Numbered from the stretch's first letter, positions 8,646 through 17,678 are shown. The stretch: 32,000 nucleotides of DNA from Promethearchaeota archaeon (GCA_030606485.1 JAUWGH010000002.1:90001-122000), one strand, 5' to 3'. The notes: generated from the letters alone by a model not told the origin. Translations and numbers: made by a program.

Positions 8646-9968
8646 CTATTGATTTTGAATGAACTTCATATGATCGATTCTCTTTTGCAAAATCTTTTTA
8701 GTCCCAACGTCGCTCCTATGAAATAATTTTCCTTCTATAAAACTTACTCCTTTTTCAGCAATTTTTTCTGCTTCTTCAAGTGTATCAGAAATTCCTAACA
8801 TTCCAATCGCTCTCGAAGTAGTGGTATAAACTGAATTATCTTTTTTATAGACAGAAGCATAATAAAACTTTGCCCCAATCTCTTCAATTTTCTCTTTATG
8901 AATAATAATTCTCTGGTCTCTTAATGGATTTACTGGATACCCTTCTGGGGCTAAATATTTACACACAGTTGCTTTTTTTTCAAAATTAAGTTTAACGGGT
9001 AAATTGCCATCTAAAATCTTATAACACAAATCAACAAAATTATCTTTTAAAATTGGCAGAACATTCATTGCTTCTGGATCTCCCAATCTAACATTAAATT
9101 CTACTAATTTTATTCCTTTTTTAACTTTCATAAATTGACCATATAAAAACCCCTTGTATTCTGTTCCAGTCTCTTTCTTTACAGCACTAACAACTTTATT
9201 CATTTCTGAAATTGCTTCATTTATATCAAACACATCAATAAATGGTAATGAATGGTCCTCAATAGAATAAGAACCCATTCCACCTGTGTTAGGTCCTTTA
9301 TCGTCATTATATGCTCTTTTAAAATCCTGAACTAAAAGATTTCCCACAACTCTATTCCCATCAACAAGTGCTTGTAAAGTAAATTCTTCCCCCTCCAATT
9401 TTTCTTCAATAATGAAATACATTCCATTTTTAACTAATTTTTGACAATAATCAATAATCTCTTGTTTTGAAAAAAGATGATCTCCATAAACCTTTACACC
9501 TTTACCACCTGTTAATCCATCTGGTTTCACAACCACATTCTCAACTCCGAGCTCCTTGATAAATGCTTCTACGCCATCCATAGAAACGAAGATTTCATAA
9601 ATTATATTTGATTTAATATTATTTTTATCTAGTAACTGCCGTGTAAATATTTTAGAACCTTCTAACTGAGCAGCTTCAATCTTTGGACCTATGCATGGAA
9701 TTTGAGCTTTTTCTAACGCATCTGCAATTCCTACAACTAACGGAGCCTCTGGTCCAACTACAGCAAAATCAATACCATTTTGCTTGATGAAATCTATTAG
9801 TACCTTGAAATTATCTTCCTTTTCTATTTTAACACGCCCTTTACTCAATTCATCTAAACCAGCATTTCTAAAACTCATAAAAGCATATAATTCAGCTCCA
9901 CCCTTTACTAAAGCTTCAGCAATTGTATGTTCACGAGCTCCATGACCAATTATAATAACCTTCGGCAT
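8646..9968 (-). CDS. purD: Phosphoribosylamine--glycine ligase
   Basis: IIGHGAREH, VVGPEAPL, AAQLEGSKIF, VVKPDGLTGGKGV, EEKLEGEEFT, QDFKRAYNDDKGPNTGGMG, EFNVRLGDPE and C-terminal HRSDVG. Confidence 0.97.
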   Translation of the reverse strand: MPKVIIIGHGAREHTIAEALVKGGAELYAFMSFRNAGLDELSKGRVKIEKEDNFKVLIDFIKQNGIDFAVVGPEAPLVVGIADALEKAQIPCIGPKIEAAQLEGSKIFTRQLLDKNNIKSNIIYEIFVSMDGVEAFIKELGVENVVVKPDGLTGGKGVKVYGDHLFSKQEIIDYCQKLVKNGMYFIIEEKLEGEEFTLQALVDGNRVVGNLLVQDFKRAYNDDKGPNTGGMGSYSIEDHSLPFIDVFDINEAISEMNKVVSAVKKETGTEYKGFLYGQFMKVKKGIKLVEFNVRLGDPEAMNVLPILKDNFVDLCYKILDGNLPVKLNFEKKATVCKYLAPEGYPVNPLRDQRIIIHKEKIEEIGAKFYYASVYKKDNSVYTTTSRAIGMLGISDTLEEAEKIAEKGVSFIEGKLFHRSDVGTKKILQKRIDHMKFIQNQ

Positions 9969-10133
9969 AATTTTTCTCTTTAATATATAATAATTTTAAA
10001 TGTTTTAATATAAGTTAAATAAAGGTTTAAAAAAAATTTTTATTAAACAATTGTTAATATAGAATTAAATAGAAATACCATAAATTAGTGATATTTTATA
10101 GAATATACTGCAGAATTTTCGGATTTATTTATT

Positions 10134-10457
10134 ATGCTTTTATCAATTTTTGGAATTGTGTTATTAATTATAATTATAATATCATATAAAATTTCAAAGA
10201 AGGAAGATAAAAGTCTCATCACCTCCCTCATTATTTTAATAGGGTTCATAGGAATCGAGATCTTTATAGAAAATACAACAATTCAATTATTATTTTTTGT
10301 ATGTATTATTACTTTAATTATATATATTGTATTCTTTTGTTTCATTCCCAGGCTATTTTATATTAAAGGAAAATTCTTATTTACAGAAACAAAATCAGAA
10401 GTCTGGAAAGATTTAAAAATAGATTCTACAATTGTAGAAAAACAAGAAAAAAATTAA
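10134..10457 (+). CDS. Small 3-TM membrane protein, possibly a degenerate MnhC/NuoK-like subunit
   Basis: 107 aa with three hydrophobic helices. TM3 begins with Q and ends in RLFY.KG, as in NuoK/MnhC. It lies 15 bp upstream of an MnhD-like gene. Confidence 0.55.
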   Translation: MLLSIFGIVLLIIIIISYKISKKEDKSLITSLIILIGFIGIEIFIENTTIQLLFFVCIITLIIYIVFFCFIPRLFYIKGKFLFTETKSEVWKDLKIDSTIVEKQEKN

Positions 10458-10472
10458 ATTTTTGATAAAACA

Positions 10473-11978
10473 ATGATTGGCATTCTACTTGCTTTTATTC
10501 CGCTTTATTGTCTCTTAATTGGATTACTCTGGTCTATTTCTTGCTCCAAATCAATTTATAGGAAGAGATTTTTAACTATTTTAATTCTAATAATTTTACT
10601 TATCAATACATCAAATATTGTTATTTTTTCATTATTTGATTTGCAATATTATGATTTTAACCTTAATTTAAATGTTGGAACCTTCGTATTATGGGAAATT
10701 ATATTTGCTTTAAGTTGTATCATATTTTATTTTTCAAAAGATGAAATGACAGGCATTTTAAATGAAAGTTTATATGATTCCTTAATAATTCTAATCATAT
10801 TTAGTCTAGTTGGAGCATCGCTTACTTCAAATGTTCTAATAACTGTAATTTTTGTTATAATTGTTTATATATCTTTAGGGTTAATTTTCTATTTTGGAAA
10901 ATATTCAAAACCTTTTAAATTATTAAGAATTTTCTTTATTTCAATAATTTTAAGTATCATTTTTCTAATTCTCGGACTATTGTTAATTTATTTTGAATTT
11001 GATTCTTTTATATTAACTGAAATTAGAAATTCTGAGTTAAATCCTGGCTTAAATCTAATAATCTCCTTATTATTTTTGTTTGGATTTGGTATCCCATGTG
11101 GAATTATTCCCTTTTCTATATATCATCTTAAGGTTTATTATCACGATTCAACATATACAACTTTATTTACAATTTCCAATTTAACATTTCCAATAATTAG
11201 TTTTATCTTATTCAAATTACTCATAGCCTTCACTTATGATTTAGTAATAAATTCATTTATAATTTTAATCATTGCAGCTGTAGGGTTAATTATATCAATA
11301 ACTTACTCTTTGACTGAGACTTTTACTGCAATTGATGGAAGATCCTTTTCAATTAAAAAGATTTTAGGATTATCTTCAAATTCTGATTTCAATATGATTT
11401 TACTAATTTCAGCTTTTATCGGATTTTTACCAACTGAATCAATAAAAATTGAATATGGGAATTTTGTTTTTTTCTTTATTTTTTGTATGATTTTAATAAA
11501 AATATTATTATTTTATAGTTTAAAACCAGTAATGCTTGAGACTTTAGATGATAATATTAAAATTTTAGGTGGATTTTGGAAAAAATATAAGATTTTTGGG
11601 ATCTTTTATTTAATCGGGGGTATTTTTCTTACAATTCCGTTTGCTTTGGGAAATATCTTAATAAATTTAATCTCAAATATTTTTACAGAATCTCTAATCG
11701 ATTTACCGCATATTTCATTTATTGGTTTTACAATTTGGGCTATTTTAATTTTTTATTTCATAATTATATTAATTTGGGTTTCTATCACGTTTAATGATAT
11801 ATTCATTGGGACTCCAAAATATTTAAAAAATAAAGATATTAGACCGATAACTAAATTAGACTACCTTCCTCTAATCTTAATTTTTATATTTTCAATATTT
11901 TTATGTATCTTTTATTTTTTCAACAATATTTTATTTATGGAAATAATAAATTTTTCTACTGAACAATTTACGCATTAA
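10473..11978 (+). CDS. Degenerate antiporter-like subunit (MnhD/MrpD/NuoN, proton-conducting membrane transporter family)
   Basis: About 14 TMs. Family landmarks are recognisable: LVGASLTSN, LLGLLLIY, GFGIPCGIIPF, IKKILGLSSNS, IKILLFY, IKILGGFWKKY and DIFIG. Confidence 0.7.
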   Translation: MIGILLAFIPLYCLLIGLLWSISCSKSIYRKRFLTILILIILLINTSNIVIFSLFDLQYYDFNLNLNVGTFVLWEIIFALSCIIFYFSKDEMTGILNESLYDSLIILIIFSLVGASLTSNVLITVIFVIIVYISLGLIFYFGKYSKPFKLLRIFFISIILSIIFLILGLLLIYFEFDSFILTEIRNSELNPGLNLIISLLFLFGFGIPCGIIPFSIYHLKVYYHDSTYTTLFTISNLTFPIISFILFKLLIAFTYDLVINSFIILIIAAVGLIISITYSLTETFTAIDGRSFSIKKILGLSSNSDFNMILLISAFIGFLPTESIKIEYGNFVFFFIFCMILIKILLFYSLKPVMLETLDDNIKILGGFWKKYKIFGIFYLIGGIFLTIPFALGNILINLISNIFTESLIDLPHISFIGFTIWAILIFYFIIILIWVSITFNDIFIGTPKYLKNKDIRPITKLDYLPLILIFIFSIFLCIFYFFNNILFMEIINFSTEQFTH

Positions 11979-13392
11979 TTTTTTTTCTCTTTAAATATAT
12001 TTCTGTAGCTTTATTAAGATCAACTGAAGTTAATGACCGTTTTAATTTATTCTGTAGTTTCTCAACATAAGTTTTACATAATTTTAAACTTAAATTTCCT
12101 TGTTTTTCTTTTATTAAATAAAATAATTCGCTCTCTAACGTATCAAATGAAGTTTTTATAATTGAATCTTCTTTAACCGTATCCAGACTAACTTTAATAT
12201 CCTGAGGTTTTAAAAATTGTTTTTCTGGCTTTTTCTCAATTTCCTTAATTGGCTTTTCTTCTGGAGTTTTTATTTTTGTTGTTTTAACTTGAGGAGGAAG
12301 AGGTTTTACTAAGACTTTTTGAGAAAATAAAATTTTTTCGGGAGCTTTAACCTTATGTTTCTCAACTTTTTTTTCTTTTTTTTCTTTTTCGATTAATTTT
12401 TCGATTTCATTAATTTTTTGCTCGATGGCTGATAAATGTATAAATTCTTGAAACTTATTGCAAATATCTTTTAAATGATTAAAATGATTAATTGCATCTA
12501 AGTATCTTTTGTTAATAACTTCATTTTCTGCAATTTTTAGTAAATCATTAAATTCTGATGGAAATTCTTTTTTTATCTTTAATTCATTTGAGATAATATT
12601 TATTAATTTGTTCTTAATTTCAGGATCTTTAAGCGAAATACCAAATGCTGGAAAATTATATTCCTTTTCTATTTGTTTTACTTCTATTGCTTCCGATAAA
12701 TCTTGTTTATTTGCAAATATTATAAGTTTTGAAAATTTTCCATCGGTTTTTTGAAGATTAATAAAATGTGTCAATGTTTTGGTTTTATAATTTGTAGAGT
12801 CAAAAACCAGCAAAATTAAATCAGCTCCACTTAAAAATTTATTCCATAAGGGAGAAAAATTATCTTCTAATTGGAAATCCCATAAATCAAAATATAAGTT
12901 ATCAATATCTATTTTATAAGATTTTGCAAAATTCATAAATATTTTGGGTTCAAAATTTAATTTTAAAAGATTTGCAATTGTGGTTTTTCCTGAACCATAA
13001 GGTCCTATTAGTGCGATTTTTGAATGAAGTTCATAATGAATTTTTTTCAAAAACTCAGTAAATTCATTTCTTTCTTTATTTTTTTCTTTAATCTCCAAAG
13101 AATTGGGAAATGAATTTTGAAATCTTTTAATAATTTTATTTAAAACTTCATTAACATAATCGCTTTTATCAACAAGATCGGCAATAATTAAATAGAAAAC
13201 ATTATTTCTTATAATGTAAAACAATTGATAATTTCCAAAAGGACGATTAAAAAACTGATTTGGTATTGGTAAATCAATAAATTCATTTAATAGGTCTTGA
13301 ACATTTTTAAATTGCTCATTATTAAAAGCTAATGCATAAGAATAACTAAAAATTATATTTTTATTGAAAATAATGTAAATTTGCCGTAGCAA
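11968..13392 (-). CDS. Longin-domain plus Arf-like small GTPase fusion with helical and Lys/Pro-rich C-terminal region
   Basis: The N-terminal ~120 aa have a longin pattern (IYII..NIIFS...FGNYQLFYII.NNVFYLIIAD). G1 GPYGSGKT, WD, the PLW switch-II motif, LVFDS and G4 NKQDL. The 3' end overlaps the convergent MnhD-like gene by 11 bp. Confidence 0.8.
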   Translation of the reverse strand: MLRQIYIIFNKNIIFSYSYALAFNNEQFKNVQDLLNEFIDLPIPNQFFNRPFGNYQLFYIIRNNVFYLIIADLVDKSDYVNEVLNKIIKRFQNSFPNSLEIKEKNKERNEFTEFLKKIHYELHSKIALIGPYGSGKTTIANLLKLNFEPKIFMNFAKSYKIDIDNLYFDLWDFQLEDNFSPLWNKFLSGADLILLVFDSTNYKTKTLTHFINLQKTDGKFSKLIIFANKQDLSEAIEVKQIEKEYNFPAFGISLKDPEIKNKLINIISNELKIKKEFPSEFNDLLKIAENEVINKRYLDAINHFNHLKDICNKFQEFIHLSAIEQKINEIEKLIEKEKKEKKVEKHKVKAPEKILFSQKVLVKPLPPQVKTTKIKTPEEKPIKEIEKKPEKQFLKPQDIKVSLDTVKEDSIIKTSFDTLESELFYLIKEKQGNLSLKLCKTYVEKLQNKLKRSLTSVDLNKATEIYLKRKKINA

Positions 13393-13548
13393 TTCTCAAA
13401 ATCATCTATTCACAGCTTTTTATATTATCTATAATAAAAAATAACTCTTATAAGTGTTCCTTATTTCAGAAAAATCAAAATTAAATAGATTAAAATTTTA
13501 CTATAACTTAATAAACTGATTAGAAAAATTTTGGCTTGAAAAAATAGG

Positions 13549-14484
13549 ATGAATACCGACCCCCACTCAATCATTGATTTCCTTTTAAGACATGGATTTA
13601 AAAAACAAAATACAGAACTATTAAAAAAAATTGCTAAAGATATAGATGCATTATGCATTAGATGCCAACGAGATAGAATTCAATGTACTTTATCCCCCTT
13701 ATGTTCAAGAAGATTTTTATTGAAATTGCGTATAAAATCAGGGGCGAAATTAGATGATGTTCCCAAATTCTGTTATCGGCAATTGGTGAATCTTATTGCT
13801 CGAGATAAAGAAAAGAAGAGAACATTATATAGACCGGTTGATTCCTATATCTATTTATTAGATTTCTTCGCTATTTTTTTCCCAAAAAATTACCGCTCTC
13901 TTTTTAAAAATTTATCATTCAGAAAATATGAAGAAGCCATAGATGTGTTAGAATCTTTCAAGAGAAAAATGAAAGATGATTTTAGATATTTTTTGACGGA
14001 AAATTATTTAATTATCAAATTTTATGAAAAAATTTATCTATCTTATTTAAAAGAGCAATATGTTTGCTGTAATTTAAGAAGAGATGAAATTTCTGATATA
14101 AATTTACTGGAAAATCTTATTTTATTTTTAGCCACAAATTATTCTCATATAATAATTGAAAGAACACCCGAAGATTCAATTTTAATTTCTTTAAAAGTAT
14201 TTAAAAAGAAACAAACGGATTTACATAAATATTTTAATGAAGATATCGATGAAAATAAGTCATTATTTTTAAAAGATATTGATATAATAAGTGATATCTC
14301 TAATGAAATTAAAATCTATTTTGATGAGTCAGACAATATTGATGTTAGATTAAATGTAAAACTAAAAACAAACATAAATCATGAATTTCTTGGAAAACGG
14401 CAAATAAATTATGAGAATATTCAGAATATATTTGATTTTTTTAACCATTTATATAAAAAAGAACTAAAGGAGCAGAAAAAATGA
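13549..14484 (+). CDS. Hypothetical protein with N-terminal C-x2-C-x6-C-x5-C cluster
   Basis: 311-aa ORF with an ATG start. CIRCQRDRIQCTLSPLC and a later PKFC. Confidence 0.7.
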   Translation: MNTDPHSIIDFLLRHGFKKQNTELLKKIAKDIDALCIRCQRDRIQCTLSPLCSRRFLLKLRIKSGAKLDDVPKFCYRQLVNLIARDKEKKRTLYRPVDSYIYLLDFFAIFFPKNYRSLFKNLSFRKYEEAIDVLESFKRKMKDDFRYFLTENYLIIKFYEKIYLSYLKEQYVCCNLRRDEISDINLLENLILFLATNYSHIIIERTPEDSILISLKVFKKKQTDLHKYFNEDIDENKSLFLKDIDIISDISNEIKIYFDESDNIDVRLNVKLKTNINHEFLGKRQINYENIQNIFDFFNHLYKKELKEQKK

Positions 14485-14529
14485 AAAAAATATATATAAA
14501 TTTAATTCATCTAAATAAAATAAGGAGTG
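14483..14529 (+). promoter_or_regulatory. Putative archaeal promoter (BRE + TATA) and Shine-Dalgarno site for the 14539 gene
   Basis: A purine run (gaaaaaaa) is followed by TATATATAAA at 14491-14500. AGGAGTG at 14523-14529 lies 9 nt before the ATG at 14539. Confidence 0.45.
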
Positions 14530-14538
14530 TAGTGATTA

Positions 14539-15609
14539 ATGTCTAACGAAATATCTGGAGCACCAACAGCAATGGAAAAAATTTTGGAACTAATTGAAGA
14601 AGAAAAGTTCCAGAGTGCTGTAGAAGCGATATATGAATATTTAAGCATAGAACATGAGGATTATATTAATCGTCTGGAGATTTTAATTAAAAAACTTTCC
14701 CATATTGCAAAGAAAGGAGCTGTTGTTATAAGAACATTAATCCCTAAGTTGCTTAAAAACTTAGCGATAAAAGACGATGTTCTAAGATATGCTTTTGTGT
14801 TAGCCTTAAAACCAATATGTGAAATGGAATATGAAATTATTTTACCCTTCTCTAAGGAATTATTAAAATCTGAAGATCCAAATGTAAAGGAAGGAATGCT
14901 TCAATTAATAAACTTCATTGCTAATGTATATAAAATCGAAAATAAAGATTTAATTAAACTAATTCTTGAAAAACTTTCTGATGAGCAAGAATTTGTTCAG
15001 ACCAAAGCTATTCAAGCACTAAAATCTATTGGAAAAAATAACCCGATTATTTTAGAAGAAGTAATTTTAGAATCTTGTAAACACGCAGAAGATAATTTTA
15101 AGGAAAAATGTGATAATGTCCTAAAAACTCTTACTTCTGTTAAAGATTTAGAGGAAAAAGATATAGAAAAAAGAGAGCTGGCTGTAAAGGAAAAGGAATT
15201 AGAAGAACGGGAAATTGAGATAAAGAAAGAAGAACTTGAATTTAAAGAAAAAGAATTAGAAGATAAAGAGAAAGCTTTAAAGGACAAAGTAGTAGATGAG
15301 GAATTAGAACAAAAAGAAAAAATTCTCGCAGATAAAGAACGGGAATTAAAAGAAAAAGAACTTGAATTAAAAGAAAAAGAATTAGAAGTAGAAGAAAAAG
15401 AAAAACAATTAGAAGAAAAGAGTTTAGAAGTAAAGGAAGAATTATTAGAAAAGAAAAAAGAATTAGTTGAAAAAGAAAAGGAACTATCCCATGCAGAGTT
15501 GGAATTAAAAGAAAAAGAACTTAAAGAGAAAGAACTTGATATAAGAGAAAAAGAAAAACAAAGAATTAAAAAAACACTGAAGAAAGTAGAAAAAAAACAA
15601 AAAAAATAA
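14539..15609 (+). CDS. HEAT/ARM-repeat protein with long C-terminal Glu/Lys coiled coil
   Basis: HEAT-like units (LLKSEDPNVKEGMLQLI; LEKLSDEQEFVQTKAIQALKSIG) followed by about 140 aa of KEKELEL-type heptads. Confidence 0.8.
   Translation: MSNEISGAPTAMEKILELIEEEKFQSAVEAIYEYLSIEHEDYINRLEILIKKLSHIAKKGAVVIRTLIPKLLKNLAIKDDVLRYAFVLALKPICEMEYEIILPFSKELLKSEDPNVKEGMLQLINFIANVYKIENKDLIKLILEKLSDEQEFVQTKAIQALKSIGKNNPIILEEVILESCKHAEDNFKEKCDNVLKTLTSVKDLEEKDIEKRELAVKEKELEEREIEIKKEELEFKEKELEDKEKALKDKVVDEELEQKEKILADKERELKEKELELKEKELEVEEKEKQLEEKSLEVKEELLEKKKELVEKEKELSHAELELKEKELKEKELDIREKEKQRIKKTLKKVEKKQKK
15165..15560 (+). repeat. Degenerate 21-nt tandem coding repeat (KEKELE[L/V] heptads)
   Basis: Recurrent aaagaaaaagaa(c/t)t(t/a)gaa units, e.g. 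15349-15390. The repeat also explains the Ser/Phe-rich shadow ORF on the minus strand. Confidence 0.7.
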
Positions 15610-15633
15610 TACTCCAATAATATTTCAAAAATT

Positions 15634-16638
15634 TTAAACAATCGGTTTTTTATGTAATCGTTTTACAATTTCTCTCAGAAGTTCTACTCTATGTGACTCT
15701 GGAGGTAAATTCATTGATATTTCCTTAGCAATATTATATGCAGTTTCAATAAATTTAAGATTCTCTAACATCTCAATTATTTGTATTTTATAATCAACAT
15801 CTTCAATCTCTTTTAGATAAATCAATAACTTTTCTTTAATTAGTTCAAATATTTGTGGATAGGAACGATCTTTATAAACTATTTTTACTAAATTCTCAAA
15901 TGAATTCAAAATGTTATATAACTCGTTTTTTGAATAACTATCAATATTATTTAAGATTTTATTCACAAATATTTCGCTTTTCTCATACTTTTGCATTTTA
16001 TTTGACGTTGAGATTAAACTCAATAACGATTGTTCGTAAAGGAATTTACTTTTTATATTATCAATAATCTTATCATTAATCCATTCTATCAAATTCGGTA
16101 TGTTGAATTTCTCAATTACATCACATAAGAAATTTATAACCGAAAAATATAATCTCGCATTTTCAATGCTGTTTGAACCAAGATAAGAAACTAACCCATA
16201 CTTAATTCGTCCCATAGCATCTTCAAAATTAATAGGTGTCTCAGCAAATTTATAAAATATAGATTCTAATATTGGTCTAAGTTTTTGCTGAGCTTTAAAA
16301 TCATAAACAAAATAACGACCAAAGTCAGGTTGAGGCCCTAAAACCTTTTCTTTTTTTTTCCGTCCTCCAACTTCTTTAGATTTCGGTTTCATTTTTTGCT
16401 GAGTTGCTTTCTTTAATTTTAATTCTTCAGAAAGCTTTTTGGCCTCTTCTTCAGGCAAAATTTCTAAAATTATCTTATCTTTTTCTTTGACATATATTTT
16501 GAAAAAAATATTCTCTATTGATTCAGGAAATAATTGATCTCGAATATTTTTAGGTATAGTTATCCCACCACTCTTCTTTAGATTAACGATGTCCTCAAAA
16601 TAGATTTTTTCAGGGTCATCCTTATCTTGATTTTCCAT
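15634..16638 (-). CDS. AbrB/SpoVT-like N-terminal DNA-binding domain fused to a basic linker and an alpha-helical repeat domain
   Basis: EDIVNLKKSGGITIPKNIRDQL...IFFKIYV...KIILEIL matches the AbrB swapped-hairpin pattern (V...G.I.IP..IR..L). A Lys-rich linker and about 220 aa of amphipathic helices follow. Confidence 0.6.
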   Translation of the reverse strand: MENQDKDDPEKIYFEDIVNLKKSGGITIPKNIRDQLFPESIENIFFKIYVKEKDKIILEILPEEEAKKLSEELKLKKATQQKMKPKSKEVGGRKKKEKVLGPQPDFGRYFVYDFKAQQKLRPILESIFYKFAETPINFEDAMGRIKYGLVSYLGSNSIENARLYFSVINFLCDVIEKFNIPNLIEWINDKIIDNIKSKFLYEQSLLSLISTSNKMQKYEKSEIFVNKILNNIDSYSKNELYNILNSFENLVKIVYKDRSYPQIFELIKEKLLIYLKEIEDVDYKIQIIEMLENLKFIETAYNIAKEISMNLPPESHRVELLREIVKRLHKKPIV

Positions 16639-16742
16639 TATAGAATTAAACCCATAAAATTTTTTATTTCTAAAATTAATATTATCTAAGGTCTTTTACA
16701 AATTTAATTGATTTAAAATAGAATATATATTTATATTCTTGC

Positions 16743-17678
16743 TTAATATCCTAGATTTTTTTTAAAAAATTTATACCACTTGATAGGTAAATTTTTTTTA
16801 ATAATTTTTGGAAATTCTTGAATTTTTAATACACCTAAATCAGAAATTATCCCTGTAATGTATTTTGAAGGAGTAATATCAAAATAATAATTTTGGATTT
16901 CTAACAATTTATTTTGTATCATCTTATTATAAATCTCTTGTGTTGGTTTTCTTTCTATGAGAATCTCTTCACCATAATGACTTCTAAGATTATATTTAAA
17001 CGAGTCACCAACAGCATATACATCAATATCTTTTCCCTTAGCTAAATTTGCTAAAGGATACGTTCCTATCTTGTTTATTATTGACCCATTTTTTAAGATG
17101 CTATCAATACCAACTAAGACCAAATCAATTTGATCAATGAATTTTCCCATGGCTGCGTCGATTATGAGATTTGTTTTAAAATGAGATGACAAAATTTCAG
17201 CAACGTTATGTCCCTCAAGAAGCGGTCTTGATTCTAAGACAAAAAATTCTAAATTATAATCTTTAAGTTTAATTAGAAGATTGATAATAGTTGAACTATA
17301 AGAGATCAACATAATTTTCATATCTTTTTTATTAAAATTTTTTAAAAATGTAAGGAATTCTTGTTCAAGGGCTTTTTTTCTCTTATTTTTTTCTTTTTTA
17401 TAATTATTTAATCTTTGGAAAAGGGATTTTTTAGTAAAAGTTTCTAAATCGTGAATCAAATATCCAATAAAATTGATAAGTGTTGCCATGCTAGGGCGAG
17501 ATTCAATAATTTTTTTTGAGAGTTCAATCATAAGTTCTTTAATATCTCTATTTGGATCTGATATCAGTTCCAATTGTTTTTTTATTATTTCATAAGCATC
17601 ATCTATTAGTTCATTAGCACCAGAAGTGTTATTTTTTTTTAAATCTTGTATCAGTTTTTGAATTTTAATTTCAATCAA
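16743..17678 (-). CDS. eIF2B alpha/beta/delta-family (IF-2B) protein
   Basis: TSGANEL, ESRPSMATL, ISYSST, VLESRPLLEG, VLVGIDSI..NGSIINKIGTYPLA and YFDITP..YITGIISDLG. TTG start. Confidence 0.88.
   Translation of the reverse strand: MIEIKIQKLIQDLKKNNTSGANELIDDAYEIIKKQLELISDPNRDIKELMIELSKKIIESRPSMATLINFIGYLIHDLETFTKKSLFQRLNNYKKEKNKRKKALEQEFLTFLKNFNKKDMKIMLISYSSTIINLLIKLKDYNLEFFVLESRPLLEGHNVAEILSSHFKTNLIIDAAMGKFIDQIDLVLVGIDSILKNGSIINKIGTYPLANLAKGKDIDVYAVGDSFKYNLRSHYGEEILIERKPTQEIYNKMIQNKLLEIQNYYFDITPSKYITGIISDLGVLKIQEFPKIIKKNLPIKWYKFFKKNLGY

Noticed and set aside
11968-11978. 11-bp 3' overlap of the convergent MnhD-like and longin-GTPase genes as evidence of a functional link
   Set aside because: Short tail-to-tail overlaps are common in compact AT-rich genomes and do not imply shared function.
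1004-13658. Short ORFs overlapping larger genes (1004-, 2104+, 2579-, 2698-, 3199-, 12509+, 13461-)
   Set aside because: They overlap or lie antisense to well-supported genes, or sit in extremely AT-rich spacers, and have no recognisable motifs.
15012-15641. 209-aa Ser/Phe-rich minus-strand ORF
   Set aside because: Antisense shadow of the Glu/Lys coiled-coil repeat (GAA/AAA codons read as TTC/TTT on the other strand).
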